Of a DNA stretch of 64,000 nt, positions 23,028 through 34,490 are shown in pieces (the first letter of the stretch is position 1; each line of letters starts with the position of its first letter). The DNA is taken from positions 51,894,001-51,958,000 of the forward strand of contig JAGIQG010000005.1 of NCBI GenBank assembly GCA_024679065.1, read 5' to 3'. The position numbers and the translations under genes were made by a program. This DNA comes from Sphyrna mokarran. Taxonomy: Eukaryota. Below the pieces are notes generated by a model. It made no database searches. It had not been told where the DNA came from and worked only from the letters and a program-made list of their open reading frames with translations.

Positions 23028-23878
23028 CAGTGGTTCCCCACTGGTGTGTCACGGCACACCGGTGTGCCATGACAACTCCAAATGATTAAAATTCACGTAA
23101 TTAAACGAGAACTAATCTTTGTCTTTTCAGTTCTGCGTTCGACACCTCCAAGGCCCTACAGACCTCAAGCTTCCCGCATATGGGAAAGAGACACAAATGT
23201 GCAGTTTAGATTTTTTATGCTGGTCAAGCCCGTGCACATGACCAACGGGACTTAGGGCTGAAGACAATATGCCCACGCAAAAAGTGAAAACTCAAAAATG
23301 GTTCAATAGTCCCAGGAGGAGCGTAACAACATTGAGATATAAAAAGTGACACACACACACACACCACAGTGACCTGAGGCCAGAATTAAACCCAGGTTCC
23401 TGGCACTGTAAGGCAGCAATACTAATCACTGCATCATGTGCCGTACAGTCCACCATCTTGAGCAGTACTCTTTTAGGGGCTGCTTGCTGCCTGGGAAGGA
23501 AAGGTAGGGAGAGATAGATAGAGAGATAGAGATAGAGAGAGAGAGAGATAGAGAATGCAAGCCAAAGACAGAGAGTGTGTCCGCTATGAAAACAAACAGA
23601 AGCCACTCAAATTCACACAGTCATCTGCTCGTCCAATCAGAGATTGCTTTACTCCCAAGGTTGCTGCTATTAGGCTCACGCGTGAGTTTAGTATCAGCAA
23701 ATATGGGAGAAAAGCAGCCTGTGATTTAAGGAGCAGCGCTTTGCAAAATCTTTCACAAAACTTACCAGGAATTTGAACAGAGAATCTGCAGGCCAGGTAC
23801 AGAGGTTTGCAGTGGGGTGAGGGTGAGATGATGGAGGGGTACTGATAGTGGGCCATGGGCCATGGATTGGACAAGCCT
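23028..23878. mobile_element. hAT-Charlie-like termini (one or two non-autonomous elements) enclosing a V-SINE head fragment and microsatellites
   Basis: Left end CAGTGGTTCCCCACTGGTGTGTCACGGCACACCGGTGTGCC; right end GGGCCATGGATTGGACAAGCCTG. No matching 8-bp TSD seen. Confidence 0.45.
23509..23553. repeat. (GA)n/(GATA)n microsatellite
   Basis: GAGAGATAGATAGAGAGATAGAGATAGAGAGAGAGAGAGATAGAG. Confidence 0.9.
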
Positions 23879-25629
23879 GTTATAAGATGTATTTTGTATG
23901 AACAAGCAATCTGCCTAAAACAGAGTGCATCTAACTGATAATTAATTTCTGAGAAATTAGAGTCAATGATCAGGCTTTGCAGATTGTTCTGGTGTTTTAC
24001 AGATATTTTCTACTCTCCAGGGATGTGCATCTGAAACAAAGGTTCAATCGCATCAGAAAAAGTAAATGTCAAGAAAAAAAAACATATAACCTACTGAGCT
24101 TTTCTTAATAAGTTAAAGAACAAAACAGATAACTTGCATTAAAATATGCCTCAGGGCATTCTCAAATACAACCAAACAGATTGCTTTTGAAACTAATGCA
24201 CTATATATGTACAATAATGTTATACCCTAATATAAGCATGTAGCATTTCTGAGTGTGTTATAAAAGTGCATGCATCATAAATGTGAACTGTGTTACCAAA
24301 ACTGCTTCACTGATGAAAATGCCTAGTGTAACTTGGGTGTAAAATCTTCAGAAGCATACTTAGGCTTGGGTGTGAGGATGTACGATCACACTAGTCTGGC
24401 TTCGCATCCACTGCAGCATAACTGGGTGTTTGTCACAACAGATGGCGCATGACACGAGGAAGAGCAGAAAAGAAAGATGAGGAAGTTTATCAATTTAAAA
24501 AGGGATGGCAGGAAAGCCCCATAAAGTCATATCTTTAAGGCAGGCATAAAGAAAATGTCAGAAATCTGGGATTTTATTGAGTTTGATTCAACATCTGTGA
24601 TGTTGAACAGTTTGCAACGTGGCTGAGGTAATCTATCCAGGTTTGGAATGGAAAAATTATGTTGATTCGCAGGGATAAATCAGTCCTGCAACATGCTCTT
24701 AAAGCTGAATGCTTGTGGGTAACAGCAAGTAGGCACTGAAATGAATATTAGGAGCAGAAAAAGGTGAAAATAGCCAAAAGTAGGCATTATATTTGTTAAA
24801 TAATCACTGATTGAAATAATGTGACAAATTGACAGCGAAATGTAAAATCATTGCACTACTAATAACTACTATAAAACACAATCAGTTGTTTTCCTCATCT
24901 CAAGTCAGGTATCCAGTTCACCTTCTTTGGAAAAGCTGGAGTCTATTCTAGAAATATTCAGTAGTATTATTAACAGCACACTGAGCAGAATGTCACCAGT
25001 AGGTGTAGTTTGAAATGAATATCTACAGAAGTGCATTACAAGGAGTTATGAGTACCAACCCACCAGTGAATCCTCGAGAAGTAATGATCCCAATCTTCAA
25101 GGGTGAAAGATTGTCTCTCCTGCAGTGCCTGAGTAAGTAAGAACTATGCACTGACAAGACATTGTTTAAAGTCCCAACTGAAAACTCTTTGGGCTCCTTC
25201 ACACATATGCTAATCGAACAACTGCCTATGAAGCAAGTCACTATTGTCACATGACTTGTCTTTCTCTACTTGCCAATTTTAGAAAATGTAGCAGGTTACT
25301 GAGTACCTGTGTGTCCAATTGGAATCCTGGTCATTTGTGCTGAGATATTTTTGGCTTACTGAAAAACTACAGCAAAATGGATATAATATTTCTGCTTGCA
25401 TGTATCTTTTCAAGAAATGAATATTTATTACTGATTATTTTGTCATGTAAAATCATTTTATGAAATCATTTGAATTAAGGCTGGAGACCATGGCGCCTCC
25501 TTAATAGATGCTTCTATATTGCCGGAAATATTTCAGAAATATTTTGATGTACTTGGCTCCATTTGGTAATGGTGACCAAAAAGATCCAAATTTCTACCCA
25601 TACTGGCAATTCACTTAACATCTGTTAAC

Positions 25630-27020
25630 TTAAGAAAATACAGCCTGACATGGGCATACTAGGAGAATCACGCCATACAGATATATCACCATCCCTGGGT
25701 ATGTCCTGAGACACAGGCAGGACAGACTTGCCAGAGATGGTGGCACAATGGTATATTGCCAGCAGGGAGTTTTCCGGGGAGTCCTCAAAATCGATTCTGG
25801 ACTCCATGACTCTCGTAGCATCAGGTCAAATATGGGTGAGGAAACCAACTGACTACCATGCACTGCTCTACCCACACCCTACGCCTCTCCCACCCGCACC
25901 AGCCCATCCCAACTCAGCTGATGAATCAGTACTCCTCCATATTGAACACCACTAGGAGGAAATATTGAGGACGGCAAGAGCACAGAATTTACTCTGGATG
26001 GGGGACTTCAACCTCCATCACCAAGAGTGATTCAGCAGCAGCACCACAGATCTAACTGGCCAGGTCCTGAAGGATATAGCTATTGGACTAAGTCTGTGGC
26101 AAGTGGTGAGAGAACCAATGAGAAGGAAAAGCTCACCAACCTGCCTGCAACAGATGCTTCTGTCCAAGACAGTATCCGTAGGAGTGATCATCGCACAGTC
26201 CTTGTGGAGACACAGTCCCATCTGCGCACTAAGGAAAGACTCCATCGTGTTGTGTGGCACTACCTTCATGCTAATCTGGATAGACTTCAAATAGATCTAT
26301 CAACGCAAGATTGGGAATTCATGAGGTGCTGTGACCCACCACCACCAGCAGAATTGTACTCAACCACAATCTGCAACTTCGTGTCCTGGCATATCCCCCA
26401 CTCTACCAGGTATACCTAAAAATGAGGCAGCAGTCTGGTGAAGCTACAACACGGGATTACTTACATGCCAAACAACATAAGCAGCAAATAATAGACTGAG
26501 GTAAGCAATTCCACAGCTAATGGATCAGATCTAAGCTCTGTAGTCCTGCCACCTCCTGTTGTCAATGGTGGTGGACAATTAAACAGCTCACTGGAGGAGG
26601 AGGCTCCACAATCCCCATCCTCAATGATGGAGGAGACCAGCACATCAGTGCAAAAGGAAGACCAAACCATTTGCAAGAATTTTCAACCTGAAGTGGATGA
26701 TCTTTCTCAGCTTTTCACAGATCATCACAGATGCTCATCTTCAGCCAATTCAATTCACACCAAGTGAAATCAAAAAATGGCTGAAGGCATTGGCTGCTGC
26801 AAAGACTATGGGTTTGTGCTCCAGAACTTGCCACTCCTCTAGCCAAGTTCTTCAAAATGCTGGATCACCCTCTCTAACAGCTCTGTGGGTATACCTACAC
26901 CATATGGACTGCAGCAGTTCAAGAAAACAGCTCACCACCATCTTCTTAGGAAATTTGGGATGTGTAATCAATGCTGGCCTAGTCAACGATGCCCACATGG
27001 TGTAACTGATTTTTTTTTAT
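25630..27020 (+). mobile_element. Divergent CR1-clade (Zenon-like) LINE with APE endonuclease region, heavily deleted, ending in the 3' tail
   Basis: IPGYVLRHRQDR, NSADESVLLHIEHH*EEILRTARAQNLLWMGDFNLHHQE, SIRRSDHRTVLVET; 3' end GLQQFKKTAHHHLL, then AATGCTGGCCTAGTCAACGATGCCCACAT. Confidence 0.8.
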
Positions 27021-27149
27021 ATCAATATATTCTTTGCCTGAGTCTTTGCAGACTTTTCTTAAAGAAATAAGAAATACCTAAGATTATACACATTAGCCAT
27101 GAGAAAGGTAATTGTTCAGCTAATTCCAACACCATGAGAGGAGAAATGT

Positions 27150-27792
27150 ACAGCTGCTAAATGGAAATTCAGCACCTTCTTCCTCCACCAAGCATGATGC
27201 AGAGCAGCAGCAGGCCCTCCTCCCCTACTGATGACAGACAGAGCATCAGCAGGAGCCCCTTCCAAACCCTACCAAACTGATGCAGTGCATCCAGTGATTC
27301 CCCCCTCCCCCGCAATCAGGCCACCCCAGCCTGGCCCTGTTTCCTCCAGCCAACGCCTCCATAGGTCCTGCTCTCCGGCACTGCTCACAAGTGGGCATTG
27401 TCTAGTGTCACATTGCCCACTGGGCACACCCTCTTGCCCTCGGCCTTCCCAAGGGGCCTCACTGGCCTCTGGTTCTACCAGCGAGGCCAACACAACTGTT
27501 CTCTGTTCATGAGGAGTTGATGTTTTTCTCGCCAGAGGGAACCTCTCCTGGCAAGGCCTTAAAGGTGATTGAGCACCGGGCTTGCTAGTACCATGTAAAT
27601 CAGCATTATAATAGATTTAAATATTTATTCAGCCTCTCACTGGAAACAGGCTAGAGGTTGATTGCGCCAGAAATCCAGTAAAATCATGACAGCTGTGAAA
27701 GTGGGCACAATCCTGATTTTTCAGTTCTTGCACAATTTTACTGGCTTGCTCTGCCCATTGATGGGAAAGTGGAACTGATAAAATTCTGCCCA
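27150..27792. mobile_element. Right part of a non-autonomous Harbinger-like element
   Basis: Ends AAAATTCTGCCC, the reverse complement of the GGGCAGAATT terminus at 7318. C-rich interior; GCCAGAAATC shared with about 8245. Confidence 0.55.
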
Positions 27793-28564
27793 CAGACTAT
27801 GATGTGAGATGCTTGATATGATCAGGACAGTTGTGGTTCCCGTACCATTACAAAAATTAAGCATATGTTTCTACCAGTTCATTGCAGAGGGACCATTATT
27901 TCTATAAAAACCCAATCTCTCTTTCACCAGACAATGATATTTGTCAACACCAAGGGTCCAAATGGTTCCTGAATGACCAAACAAACTCAAGGATGGTTAA
28001 TTATTTGCAACCTCTTTGAAACCACAGTCTATACACTTTTCGAGTTCCACTGGAATGTTATTGCTAGGTGAGTCTGTCTAAACCAGCTAGATTGTAGGCA
28101 AGCCTTGGCTGAAAATGCATCTGAAGATAATTCATGTCTGTGACTGAGTCATAAAACAAATGGTAATAGAATTCTGAATTGTGGCACTGCGCATGATGTA
28201 GCAGTTGGAAGTAGGCATCTGGAGGCCAAAGATCTTTAGTAAGAGGGAGAAGGTTATGTAATTTACTAAATTTTTCCTTCTCAGGGGTCCAGGCCATTGT
28301 CCAGTCGGGTCCCATCTTCGCCTCTTTCATAGTAAGGTTTTGGATAAGGTTTTTGTATTTTTTTCTTTGGTTTGTCTTGAAATAATTTTCAAAAGGACTG
28401 AATAGAGACTCCAGGAAGCTGAGAAAAATCTTCCAGTGTTTCCATTCATTAAATTGTTACTCCTGCATTTTGGAAAGTTGGGTACATTGCACAATCAATG
28501 CTGGCAGAGTTAGTGCTCTGAGTAAGATTATCACGTTCAAGTTCATGAGTGACTTTTGAAAAAC

Positions 28565-28902
28565 TTATTCATGGAACATCACTGGCTGACCGGTATTCAT
28601 TGCCCATCCCTAATTATGTAAGGGCAGTTGAGAGTCATTGCTGTGGCTCTCAGGTCACATGTAGGCCAGACCAGACAAGGATGGCAGATTTCCTTCCCTA
28701 AAGGGCAATAGTGAACCAAATGTGTTTTTTTGACAATTCACAATGGTTTCATGGTTATCAGTAGATCCGTAATTCCAGATATTTTTTATTGATTCAAATT
28801 TTGCTACCTGCTGTGCCAGGATTCAAACCCGGGTCCCCAGAAATTAGCTGAGTTTGTAGATTAATAGTCTCGTGATAATACCAGAAGGCCATCACTTCCC
28901 CT
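28565..28902 (-). mobile_element. tRNA-headed SINE (third family) with Zenon-like LINE tail
   Basis: GATGGCAGATTTCCTTCCCTAAAGGGCAATAGTGAACC core; B-box reverse complement GGATTCAAACC; homologous copies at 46545, 49455 and 51573. Confidence 0.85.
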
Positions 28903-29214
28903 CTTGAATGATTCTGAACTGGAATTCAGACATTGAGTGTTCTGGGGTTCAGCCAGACTCAGGAAAGTATTATTGATTATCTGTGAAACCAGGATCTAGT
29001 ATCAATGGGATTATTAGAATTTAACAGTTGGAGGATGAATGATAAGGGGAAGCTAATTGAGATGCTGGTAGCAGGATCTGGAAACATGGGTTCCTGGTCT
29101 CAGCTAGCAACAATGTTTTCTGATCCACTGTACCCCAACTCCTCGTAATATTCTGACTGTTCAGTTTCATCCACTAATGTGCTCTTAGCAGCCCACAGAC
29201 ACTACTTCCATAAT

Positions 29215-29565
29215 CAACACCCATGTCTTTCTTGTGGATGCAACATTAAATACTGTCTTCACTTCCAGATGGAAAAGAAGATCACATAAATCTATTTGAC
29301 AAAGAACATGGGAGTTCTAGGGTGGGATTTTATGGCCTCACTTGAGCAGTTCCATGGCAAATGGGCGGTAGAATTCTGGCACTAGTGTTTGCCAACATTC
29401 GTCAACCAACAACACTAAATTAGATTATTTGGTCATTTGTCTCAATGCTGGTTGTAGGATTTGCAGTGCATAAATTGGCTGCTATGTTTTCCTACTTTAA
29501 CACTGGTAAATGCTTTGTTGGCAGTGATGCACTTTGGGCCAAGAAGTTGTCATATAAACGTAAGT
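29215..29565 (+). mobile_element. DeuSINE (SacSINE1-like) interrupted by a mini-MITE
   Basis: TCAACCAACAACACTAAATTAGATTATTTGGTCATT...TAAATTGGCTGCTATGTTTTCCTAC...GCACTTTGGG...TATAAACGTAAGT. Confidence 0.75.
29320..29381. mobile_element. 62-bp Harbinger-type mini-MITE
   Basis: Ends GGGTGGGATTTTATGGCC and GGCGGTAGAATTCTGGCA; exact TSD CTA at 29317-29319 and 29382-29384. Confidence 0.65.
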
Positions 29566-30566
29566 TCCACCTTCAAGTAATCAGACAAAACATTTTAGCT
29601 TCAGAGAATAACTGGATAGACAATCACCTCATGCACACTTTCCTGAAATGGGTTCTTGTCGCATGTGCCAAGATGTGGAAACAGGAAATGTGTCCTTCAG
29701 TGAGTTTGCAAATTTATACAGTCTGTAATGATGATAGAAGTTTATTTTCATCCTTATTGCCTGGACAGTAATCTAATAACAACTCTACATGGGACAGACA
29801 ATGTGATCCATCAGATTACTACCAAAATAGTGGAACTATAAATGTATGATCAAAGCATGCTATAAATAAATAAACATTACCTCATTAAATCCTTATAGAA
29901 GTTGATCATTCAGACAAGTTTTTATATAGGAGAACTTCAGGCTTTAAATGGCTTTAAAGATGATCAATTTTTAAACTGAATTTTCAAAGCAATAAATGAC
30001 AATCCATTTGCCATGTAAAGAACTTTCTTTTTCCCTCTTTTCCAATCATCCACAATAGCAGGTTTTCATTTTCATGGATGCTGTCAGTGAGAAGTTCATA
30101 ACGTAAAAGCATATAATCTTTATCAATGTCATCATATTCCTGAAATAAATGCACTGTGAATTGCATATTCCAATTTCTTTCAAATCCTTTGGTGAAACCT
30201 TAAATCCTCACGAGATTTGAGGGGAGGGGTGGTGGTGGGGTGGGAGTAGGGGTGCGGGGAACACACACTTAAACCACACAATATCCATTGATGCAAAATG
30301 CACATGACCAGAATGGATGGGTGTGATTGAAAGCCCTCCCTATCTTTGTGAAATAACAATATCAAATCAAAACCTACTTTGAGAAAACCAGAGAACACAA
30401 TAGACTATTCAATATGCAAATTTAATCACGGTGTTGTGAAATGTCTGGTTGTTTTTAGTCTTTTGGAAACCTTATTTTAGAAATTAACAATCTTAAGTCT
30501 AAAATAAAAAAAAACTGCATGATTATTTTTCTCTGACATTGCCTTCACTGAGAAAGGATAATACAA

Positions 30567-30651
30567 CACCACCTACTGGTATGACAAATAACAATGGCTC
30601 CTCATTGTTGTCAGTCAACATTGGCATTCCATTATAGTACCATCTAGTGGC
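30567..30651 (-). promoter_or_regulatory. Two co-oriented CTCF-core-like motifs
   Basis: Minus strand CCAGTAGGTGGTG (30567-30579) and GCCACTAGATGGTAC (30637-30651), compared by eye with consensus CCASYAGRKGGCRS. Confidence 0.45.
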
Positions 30652-31032
30652 ATTACATGCAATAGTCACAGCTCAGCAAAAAAAGTAGGCATGGATTTTT
30701 CAACATTGGCATTCCCGTTGCATATGTTGATGGTTGATTGCTTCAGTGGAGAATGCACACCACACAAAAAAAAAATCATAAAATAGCCAGATAGATCTCT
30801 CGGACAAGAGTTTTCAGATAACATCAAAAAAGATGCAAGAGAATTTATTACAAGTTATTTAGATTTTTTTAGATTAATGGGTCAGTGAGTGGCAGATACA
30901 ATATTACGTAGATAAGTTTGAGATAATTAATATGTTAGCAAGAAAGCAAAATGAGAAGCGGATGTTAAATGATGTTACTGGATGCATATTATACATAAGG
31001 TGCTGCCTAAGTGCTTGTACAGAGAAAAACAA

Positions 31033-32176
31033 TGGGTGAAATCTTACAACAAATGGCAGAGAGTTGGTTCTGGCGAGGAAAATAACTTGGTTCTCTCCAG
31101 ATCTTACCACACTGCCACAAAATAAACCAAAACGGAAGTATCATGTCATCAAGTAGGGGAACGTGGCCTCAACACAAAGGCAAAGTTGGGATGCACTGAT
31201 TTATTTATTTAAAAGGTGCCTTATTTAAAGGGTGCCCCAATCAAACCAAAAAATGACCTCCCCCCCAGCCCAATACAGATATCTCAGGAGCTCCCCCCGC
31301 CTTCCCCCACAATTGGAGCCAGCACCCACATGCCTCCCTCATACTCAGTGAATCACAGTTAGTGGTGGTACCTGTCTCCCATTCCTCCCAAACATCAGAT
31401 CCCAACCCCGCACACACACAGTCAATCACAATCAATGCCAGCTCCCAACACTCTGCCAACGCCACCAACTCCATGCAAACAGACTTCACTGGCATCCCAA
31501 GCTCTGATATCTGCTTTTTCCCACCACCATAAATAAATGAATCCCCCGTCTCCCCCATGAGACCCTCACTAGGATACACGACTGGCACTGCTCCCAGCAT
31601 GGGTTGGCATTGCCAGGTGGGCATTGCCAGTTTGGCAAGGTGTCAATCTGGCAGTGCAACCTGAGCCAAGATGCCAAATAAATGAATCCCGCCTCCTCCA
31701 TGAGGCTCCCACTGGGAGTGCTGACACTGTCAACTAGCATTGCTAGTTTGGCATGGTTTCCACCTGGCAGTGCCAATCTATACTAAGGTACAATGCCAGG
31801 AGGCATTGCCAGGTCATTGCCTAGCCATGTCCCTCTTCCCCCATGGCTATACTCATCTTTGTGCCCCCAGAGGTATCCTCACAACAGTTGCATCAGTGGG
31901 TGAACCTGTTATAGCCCTTGCCAACCTGACGTGATGTCAGCACAATTTTAATGTATGGCGGTGTTCAATATACAGCATGAGGAGTGGTTAATTACATGTA
32001 AGTACATTCAAATATACTTAAATTAGTTGCACACCCTTTATAGCGATTGTGTCTCCAGTGAGGGGTGGCAAAAATTGGAAGTTGCAATCTCATGGTGGAA
32101 TCCATGACTCCTGGAGTTTCGCTAAATTTTAAGCCCCCGCCATCATTCACAAAAGCATGGGCTCAAGATTATCCCC
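31033..32176. mobile_element. About 1.14-kb non-autonomous Harbinger-like element
   Basis: Imperfect TIRs GGGTGAAATCTT and AAGATTATCCCC; dense GGCANTGCC palindromes; internal duplication of about 146 bp (AATAAATGAATCCC at 31531 and 31677). Confidence 0.6.
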
Positions 32177-32779
32177 AGTGTTACAAAACAACTTGAGCTT
32201 TAACAAGAAAGTTTCATTATGTAGAGAACCTTAAAAATATGAATTCAGAAAGATAATTATTGGAAAAATATGAATTGATTAGCACAATACTGAGTTAAAG
32301 TAACAGAAGAGAAATGATCTGTATATGGCTAAAGCAAAAATGAAGAGAGATTTAATTTTTGTTACTTCAGGCATTAGTCTGACTCCTCTATGCATATTTG
32401 TGATCGTGGAAAAGATGTTACTGTGCCTGAGAGAATACAGAAAAAGTCAGAAGAATAATTCTGAGCAAAGATTCAGGATGTTGACATTGTCCCTTCACTG
32501 TAAGATAACCTCATTAATGTCTTGCAGGATTGGATGTCCACCATCCCTATCTGGTTTGGCCTATGGTTAACTCAATCTCAAGATGGGACTTTAGCCTGAT
32601 GACGTGAGACTTCTTACTGCGCTTACCACAGTCCACATCATAATTCAATGTCCTAAGGACAACCAGAGCTGGACTATTATTGCCACCTGGCTCCTGTCAG
32701 GCAGATTCTGATACTAAATATTACAAATGGAGTAAGAATGGAAGTTAGAAAGAAAAGGTTTGTCTGATTTGTGAACAAG

Positions 32780-33165
32780 GCGAATGAGGAGAATGTGAGA
32801 ACTCTGCATCTGTACTCAATGGAGTTTAGAAGGATGAGGAGGTATCTCATTGAAACTTACAGAATACTGAAAGACCTGTATAGAGTGGATGTGAGGAAGA
32901 TTAGTCACCGAGACTAGATCCGAAATCCTCAGAATAAACTTTTAGAACCAAGACGAGGAGGAATTTCTTCAACCAGTGGGTGCTGAATCTATGGAATGCA
33001 TTGCACAGAAGGCTGTGGAGACCAGGTCATTGAGTGTATTTAAAACAGAGATAGATAGGGTCTTGATTGGTAAAAGGTTGCGGAGCTTATCAGCCATGAT
33101 TGAATGGCAGACAGACTCAATGGGCCAAACAGCCTAATCCTGCTCCTATATCTTATGGTCTTACA
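32780..33165 (+). mobile_element. CR1 3' end
   Basis: GGAGTTTAGAAGGATGAGGAGGTATCTCATTGAAAC...GCCTAATCCTGCTCCTATATCTTATGGTCTTA. Confidence 0.85.
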
Positions 33166-33869
33166 GTCCTGGAAGGCCACAAAGCAGTTAATATAAATAG
33201 GTTCAAGAGACAATTAAATATCTTTGTTGAAAGGAAGGGATAGATAAAGTGAGTAGGTGGGGTTGGTCTCTGAACATGTGACAGGCTTGTTTTGCATTTA
33301 TTCAGCTTTTTTCGTCCTTAAAATGGTTTATGTTTTCAACAAAATATGCACTTCAGACTGGCTTGCAATTAACTATTCACAATATCCATGTTCATGTAGA
33401 GATTTTGCTAAAAACATTTTGAATGATCATGGAATCAGAGTTTCAAACTGGGCTATTGTGTTCTTATTGCAATGCAATAATCACCATTACATCGTTTCAA
33501 AAATTATAGTTTCTTAAAAATAAATGACCCTACGGATGCCCTTGTCAGTGATTCTTTCAACTGAAAGGAATTTAGGCATATCTGCACAAATGGCAGGGGA
33601 TTTTTGTGTAAAATTGATAAATATTTTATGCATGTTGTTTAACTTCACCATCTTCTTCAGCCATGTGTTCCTATATCACACCATCCCTGAGCACTTCCTG
33701 TGTCAATCATCTGTCTGACTTTATCTGTCATAAAACATGGAATGGGTATTTCATGACACAAGGGATGGAGTCTACATTATAAACTGGATTTCATTTGTTA
33801 CGACATTCCAGATTTAAAATCAACATCGATATCAATCATTCTGATTTCACTTATGAACAATTTTGAGGT

Positions 33870-34003
33870 CACAGAATCATAGACTCCCGACAGTGAAGAA
33901 GAGGCCATTCAGCCCATCCAGTTTGCACTAACTCTCTGACAGAATATCTTACTTAGGCCCTCTCCTCCACCGAATCCCCTGAACCCCATCCATTTCCCAT
34001 GGG
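33870..34003 (-). mobile_element. HE1-like SINE 3' fragment
   Basis: AGAATCATAGACTCCCGACAGTGAAGAAGAGGCCATTCAGCCCATC. Confidence 0.7.
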
Positions 34004-34169
34004 TATAATTAAAATAACAGCTTAAAGCAATTTGTGTCCAATGTTTATGTTTATATTGGATTAACAATTTGTATTTATATAGCACAAAGAGTTTTAAGGA
34101 ACATTTAAAATTATGTCAGGGAGAAGGGAGGCAGGGAAATTTAGAGAGGAAATACAAAGCTCTGGATCT

Positions 34170-34488
34170 TTGTATCAATGGCACGTTTTCTATTCTTTCT
34201 GCCAATGTGGACATGTTCACATTTTCCCTCACTTTACTCCATTTGCCAATGTTTCATCCACACCCTTTACTGACAGCTCTATGTAGACTCTTTACCTCCT
34301 CTTGAGAACTTACTTTCCTACTTATGTAGTTACCATACAATTCAGTCCCTTCATCCAAGCCATTTCCCTAGGGTTTTAGACTGTAAAATTGTTGACGCCG
34401 CAGCACTAATCCCTGTGACACTTCACTAGCTACAACTTATCATCTCAAAAATAACCAATGTATCCCTACTCTCTGCTTCTTGTTAGCT
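34170..34488 (-). mobile_element. Old CR1 RT fragment
   Basis: TTCACATTTTCCCTCACTTTACTCCATTTGCCA (reverse complement of a WQ...V.KCE segment) and CACTAATCCCTGTGACACTTCACTAG (reverse complement of a decayed SGVPQGSV). Confidence 0.65.
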
Positions 34489-34490
34489 AT

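Noticed and set aside
25029-25138. Possible exon encoding MSTNPPVNPREVMIPIFKGERLSLLQCL ending at GA|GTAAGT
   Set aside because: The donor is good, but there is no polypyrimidine tract at the acceptor and the peptide is not recognisable.
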